Shown here in pieces: positions 48,010 through 53,213 of a stretch of DNA of 53,213 nt; the stretch's first letter is position 1, and each line of letters opens with the position of its first letter. The notes beneath the pieces were generated by a model. That model was not told where the DNA came from and ran no database searches. It saw only the letters and a program-made list of their open reading frames with translations. The DNA comes from Octopus bimaculoides. Its lineage: Eukaryota. A program made the translations under genes and the position numbers. Location of the stretch: contig NC_068986.1 in assembly GCF_001194135.2 (NCBI RefSeq), positions 30,432,875-30,486,087 on the forward strand, written 5' to 3'.

Positions 48010-48458
48010 TAAGTATGTATGTATGTATGTATGCATGTATGTATGTATGTATGTATGTATGTATGTATGTATGTTTTTATCGATTGTCCACATAGTCTTA
48101 TATCCCATTCTCACCCAGTTCATTTGAAAAGTTGTAACTGTATTGCCAGCATCAGATATCAATATTAAAGTAACTTAAAAGAGACTGTTAAAAGCAAATA
48201 TGACAACATAACACTTTATCTAACTCAGTAGTTGGTACGTCGAGTTTTAAATCCCCATTGGAGCCATTATTGCCTTTGATTCCCGCAGGTTTATAGAACA
48301 AGTACCAACAGCAACAACAACAACAACAAATATACTGTGTTGATTCAATAAACTTCACCTGTCACAAACAATTTATGCATACATAAATACATGTGTGTGT
48401 ATGTATAAGCGTATGTGTGCATATGTATGCATATATACATGCATGTATATTTGAATAC

Positions 48459-48525
<67 letters not shown>

Positions 48526-48529
48526 CATA

Positions 48530-48572
<43 letters not shown>

Positions 48573-49387
48573 ATGTATGTATGTATGTATTTATGTATAT
48601 CTATACATACACAGATGCACTCATACACACGTATGCACGCACACTCACACACACACACATATGAATAGATAAATAGAAAATGAAAATAACAAAAAAAATG
48701 GCCTTGTGCCTAATCAAAACTAAAAATCAATATTAGTGAAATAAAGAATATTTGTTTGAATGTCTGACAAATGATTGGACAATATTACATTATTACAACC
48801 TCTCCACTCCATTTTGTTCAAACGTCTGTCGTTGTAGCCATGATCACAACTACAGCTATCGCGCACTGTTGTTACACAATATCTCTGTAGACAGAGACAT
48901 TAAATGCTTGGCTGGTTGACTCGGCATAATCAAGAGGAAACTTTTTTATAATTTTTGGTGATGCTGTTGATGTTGTTTTATATATAAGTAACATCACGAG
49001 AATGTCTACTTTTTGTTGTAATTTTTATCGGCAAGAATCAATTGCAAAATTATAAACATAAACAAAAAAAAAAACGACAATGTTAATTTTTCGAATATAT
49101 GTGTTTGCACCAGTTACACCGTTTTGTTTTTGTTTTGTACATTTTTGCTTTTGTTTTTGTCTTTTACCTCATTTTGTCTGTTCTTTGTGTCTGGACATTT
49201 AGTTTAAATGCATAAAATGTGTCCTACATTCAATTCTAAATGAGTTCTTTGAAAAAAAAATTGTCTGCATTATTTCCATAATTCTGATTCGATGTGTGTG
49301 TGTGCGCACGCGCGTGTGTAGATAGATGGATAAATAAATATAGACATAACATACATATATACATACATATACATGTATACATACGTG

Positions 49388-49768
49388 CAGGCATGGCTGT
49401 GTGGGAAGAAGCTTGCTTCCCAGCCATATGGTTCCAGGTTCAGTCTCCCTGCATGGCACCTTGGGCAAGTGTCTTCTATAACCTTGGGCTGACTAAAGCT
49501 TTGTGAGTGGATTTAATAGATGGAAACTGAAAGAAGCCCATTGTATATATACATATATTTGTGTGTGTGTGTGTCTTTGCATCTGTGAGTGTTCCCACGC
49601 CTCTGCTTGACAACTTAGCGGTTCAGCAAAAAGAAACTGTTAGAATAAGTACCAACCTTAACAAACAAGAACTAAGAATTGGGGTTGATTCATTCAACTA
49701 AAATTATTCAAGGTGGTGCTCCAGCATGGTCACAGTCTAATGACTAAAACAAACAAGAGATAAAAGAT
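49388..49768 (+). mobile_element. SINE family A, full length
   Basis: ggcatggctgtgtggg...gttcagtctccctgcatggcacc...ggtgctccagcatggtcacagtc. Confidence 0.88.
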
Positions 49769-49814
49769 TCATACATACATACATACATACATACATACAT
49801 ACATACATACATAC

Positions 49815-49985
49815 AAAACCAGAAAAGACAAAGCTGATTCAAAGACTACAGATCCAATCCATCACTGGAACTGTAAAAATCTGTAAAACTTTCCAGAAGT
49901 TTATCAGTTAAGTATATATGTCTAAATATGTGAATATATGCATGAAAATACATACATAAAATACATACATATGCATGAATATGTC
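49815..49985 (+). mobile_element. R4/Dong-like retrotransposon 3' end
   Basis: KPEKTKLIQRLQIQSITGTVKICKTFQKFIS* (49816-49911), homologous to 47888-47945 in reverse; followed by a TACA-rich 3' UTR. Confidence 0.65.
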
Positions 49986-49994
49986 TATTTAAAC

Positions 49995-50181
49995 CAGGGG
50001 GTCATCAAACTTTTTAGACCGTCGACCCCTTCATGGAATCTTTGATCTCTCATCAACCCTCCAGGCATGTACAAGAAAATAAATAAATAGTAATAATAAT
50101 TAAGTAGATGTGCATTTATCGACCCCTTGAATATTCCTGTCGACCCCCAGGGGTTGATATTAACCACTTTGGAGACCACTG
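49995..50181. mobile_element. hAT (Charlie-type) MITE, 187 bp
   Basis: Ends cagggggtcatcaaact and cactttggagaccactg; degenerate 8-bp TSD atttaaac/atgtaaat (6/8). Confidence 0.7.
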
Positions 50182-50683
50182 ATGTAAATTATACAATGGA
50201 AGATAGAAAAAAATTGATAATAAGTGTATATGCATTTTTCAAAATTTATTGATGTTTCATCAGCACCACAACCAATGCATTAACTATCCACAAACATATT
50301 GTTTAAATACCCACTAAGTTTAGTGGTGCAACACAGTTGGGTGGACCAATTTACATATTAAATGCATTCTTGGCAACTGCTGCATACATATTAATTGGCG
50401 GTAAGATCACAGTAGTTCATTTTCCAACCATATTATACTGCTGACACAAAAAGTAAGAGACAGTATTGACTTGTAAACAAGCCATTGAAGAGGTCACAGA
50501 ATGTGTGACAAAAGAATTCTCACAAATAAACTAGTAACAATAATACAGTTAAGGTATAGATCAAATAAATAGTGCATGTGTATAATGGCAATAATGATCA
50601 TCCCCAAATATATAACAATATAAACAAATATATATGTTTATATGCCGATATATAAATGCCTATATATGTATATATATGTATGC

Positions 50684-50749
<66 letters not shown>

Positions 50750-50904
50750 NNNNNNNNNNNNNNNNNNNNNNNNNNNNNNNNNNNNNNNNNNNNNNNNNNN
50801 NNNNNNNNNNNNNNNNNNNNNNNNNNNNNNNNNNNNNNNNNNNNNNNNNNNNNNNNNNNNNNNNNNNNNNNNNNNNNNNNNNNNNNNNNNNNNNNNNNNN
50901 NNNN

Positions 50905-50936
<32 letters not shown>

Positions 50937-50939
<3 letters not shown>

Positions 50940-51197
50940 TAGAGAAAAAAAACACAAATATTTAATTCATCCATGAAAATCCACAATCACGTATAAAAAG
51001 ATTTAATAAGTCAATACACTAAAAAGACCTATAATAAAAATATAAAAAGTACTATTTTGCTATTTTGCTATTTTAATATTTATTAATACTTTTTTGATTT
51101 TTATTATAGGTCTTTTTAGTGTCTTATTAAATTTTTCTGTATGTGATTGTGGATTTTCATGGATGAATTTAATAGTTGTGGATTTTTTTCTCTAAAT
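50937..51197. repeat. AT-rich foldback (about 100-bp arms, about 57-nt spacer)
   Basis: Arm 50937-51040 (attcatccatgaaaatccacaatcac...cactaaaaagacctataataaaaa) pairs with arm 51098-51197. Confidence 0.88.
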
Positions 51198-51327
51198 TAT
51201 ATATTTATATATTATATATTGTGAAATTTAATTTAATTTTGATAAAATAAATTGAAGTTTTCCCTGTAAATTTGAAATTTTTCCCTAATATTATTATCAT
51301 AATCATATATATATATATATATATATA

Positions 51328-51650
51328 TATCATCATTGTTTAATGTCCGCTTTCCATGCTGGCATGGGTGGGATGGTTTGACAGGAGCCGACCAGGCAGA
51401 AGCCTGCACCAGACTTCTGTGACTGTTTTGACAGGATATTTACAGCTGGATGCCCTTCCTAACACCAACCCCCCAGCAAAGTGGACTTAGTGTTTTCTAT
51501 GTGGCACAAGCACAGACGAGGTCAGTTTTGGCAAGGATTTTACAGCTGGATGCCCTTCCAAATGCCAACCACTTTACAGTGTGGACTGGATGCTTTTTAA
51601 GTGGCACCTGCACTGACAGGGTCACCAAGTAACTTGCAAGACAAAAATGT
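51328..51650 (-). mobile_element. RTE 3' UTR copy (family C) with an internal duplication
   Basis: The segment tttacagctggatgcccttcc occurs twice (about 51440 and 51540). Confidence 0.8.
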
Positions 51651-51882
51651 TTTGAGAGGGGAGGGGCATTGGAGGAGGTGATCTTGTGTCAGATGATAAA
51701 AGGTTATATAGTAAGACAGGGAGACAGAAACAGGTGTGCTGCCACAAAGGAGATACATGGTTACCCAACCCGAGGGAAGTGCAGGAGAAGGAGAGAGAGA
51801 ATATGGGAGACAACAGGATAGAGATGGTGGCAAAGTGCCAGGCATACTCACAAGGGATAGGGATCAGAATATATATATATCA

Positions 51883-52260
51883 TGGTACTCCGTCGGTTGC
51901 AACGATGAGGGTTCCAGTTGATCTGATCAATGGAACAGCCTGCTCGTGAAATTAATGTGCAAGTGGCTGAGCACTCCACAGATACGTGAACCCTTAACAT
52001 AGTTCTCGGGGAGATTCAGCGTGATACACAGTGTGACAAGGCTGGCCCTTTGAAATACAGGTACAACAGAAATAGGAAGAAAGAGTGAGAGAAAGTTGTG
52101 GTGAAAGAATACAGCAGAGTTTGCCACCACCCACTGCCAGAACCTTGTGGTGCTTTAGGTGTTTTCGCTCAATAAACACTCACAACACCCTTTTTGGGAA
52201 TCGAAACTACGATCTTATGACGACGAGTCCACTGCCCTAACCACTGGGCCATTGACCTCC
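51883..52260 (-). mobile_element. SINE family D, full length
   Basis: Reverse complement of 31153-31535. Confidence 0.88.
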
Positions 52261-52634
52261 ACATATATATATATATATATCTATATATATATCTATGTAG
52301 AAGGTTAAAAAGGAACACATGAGTTGATATATATGGAAAAAAGTCAAGGTAGAAAACGCTAAAATAATTTTATAAAAGACATTTCAGTACCGGTTTCAGT
52401 CATTGAGACTTCTCTTGTATTAGAATACTATGCAAATATTCTTTCAAAAAACTTTTCTTTTATTTTTTTCCAAAATTTAATTGCTTTCCATACTTACAGT
52501 TGAAAAAGTCTCAATGGCTGNNNNNNNNNNNNNNNNNNNNNNNNNNNNNNNNNNNNNGGGTATATATTTATAAAAAAAGAAGTTTGAAAACGTCAATATA
52601 TAAAAAATGAATTTTAATTTAAAATTTTGTCAGA

Positions 52635-52686
52635 GATATTTTTAACATGTTTCGGTTCTTGTAAAAACGAACCTTATCAAAAATAC
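52635..52686 (-). ncRNA. Minimal hammerhead ribozyme-like motif with U3:A8 core variant
   Basis: Minus strand tattt-TTGATAA-GGTTC-gtttttacaa-GAACC-GAAA-CATG-TT-aaa: 5-bp stem II, palindromic ACATGT stem III, GUU triplet, weak stem I. Confidence 0.45.
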
Positions 52687-53097
52687 ATATTTAGAAAAAT
52701 GAAATTAAATGAAAAATTCATAATTGTTCCTTACTGGTGTCAATAGTCCACGTGGGGGCATTTTTTGTTGGTTGTAGTAGTAGTAGTAGTGGTCGTGCTG
52801 GCAATGGTAAATGTATGTATATATATAACTTAAAATTAAAAATGCATTTTAGATACAACTACTATCAACATGTTCTAGTTAGAATTAAGAGTAAAACGTT
52901 ACTTATGTGATGGAGAACTGATTTACATCACCTGAAGAGATACATCTGCATCATAAGATGCACCATAATTTATTGTATAGTTTCCACATGCAAAAGAGGA
53001 ATGATCATTGGAATAAATAATGTTCCCACTATACTCTATCTTCCATATTCATTGTTTCTACAATATATAATATCGCTTGCCACTCGTGATGGTATTT

Positions 53098-53180
53098 AAT
53101 ACCATACCTATATAATACCATACCTATATAATACCATACCTATATAATACCATACCTATATAATACCATGCCTGTATATA
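53098..53180. repeat. 16-bp minisatellite (accatacctatataat) x4 plus one degenerate unit
   Basis: Direct reading. Confidence 0.92.
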
Positions 53181-53213
53181 TATTACCTATATAAGGTAAT
53201 ATATATATATATA

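Noticed and set aside
48225-48310. Acceptor-like ttcccgcag followed by a short ORF
   Set aside because: Degenerate SINE B sequence.
2387-50976. Long ORF-track entries containing X runs or YI/CV/HT/SL dipeptide repeats
   Set aside because: They span N gaps or translate microsatellites; no coding evidence.
52922-52960. CTGAAGA followed by a short stem
   Set aside because: Not followed by GAAA; no hammerhead fold.

Overview
AT-rich, intron-like animal DNA full of microsatellites and assembly gaps (many N runs). The repeat content (several tRNA-headed SINE families, RTE LINE 3' ends with (GAT)n tails, mariner and hAT relics) fits a coleoid cephalopod, most likely Octopus. That assignment is from my recognition of the repeats, not a database hit. 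Almost all ORF-track entries are artefacts of microsatellites, N runs or antisense repeat frames. Supported content: (1) many SINE and 5'-truncated RTE copies, some nested or in inverted pairs; (2) four mariner relics, a TSD-flanked hAT element and a small hAT MITE; (3) two R4/Dong-like retrotransposon 3' fragments; (4) CpG-rich, promoter-like segments at 0.5-4.5 kb and an 83-codon minus-strand ORF running off the left edge; (5) scattered candidate exons of an unidentified minus-strand host gene; (6) several short motifs that fold by eye into minimal hammerhead ribozymes of the Penelope-like-element type, with core variants. No CRISPR array, rRNA, true tRNA gene or prokaryotic system is visible. 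The hammerhead-like motifs are the best lead. Their association with Penelope-like elements is already known in general, so any novelty would lie in these specific families and core variants.
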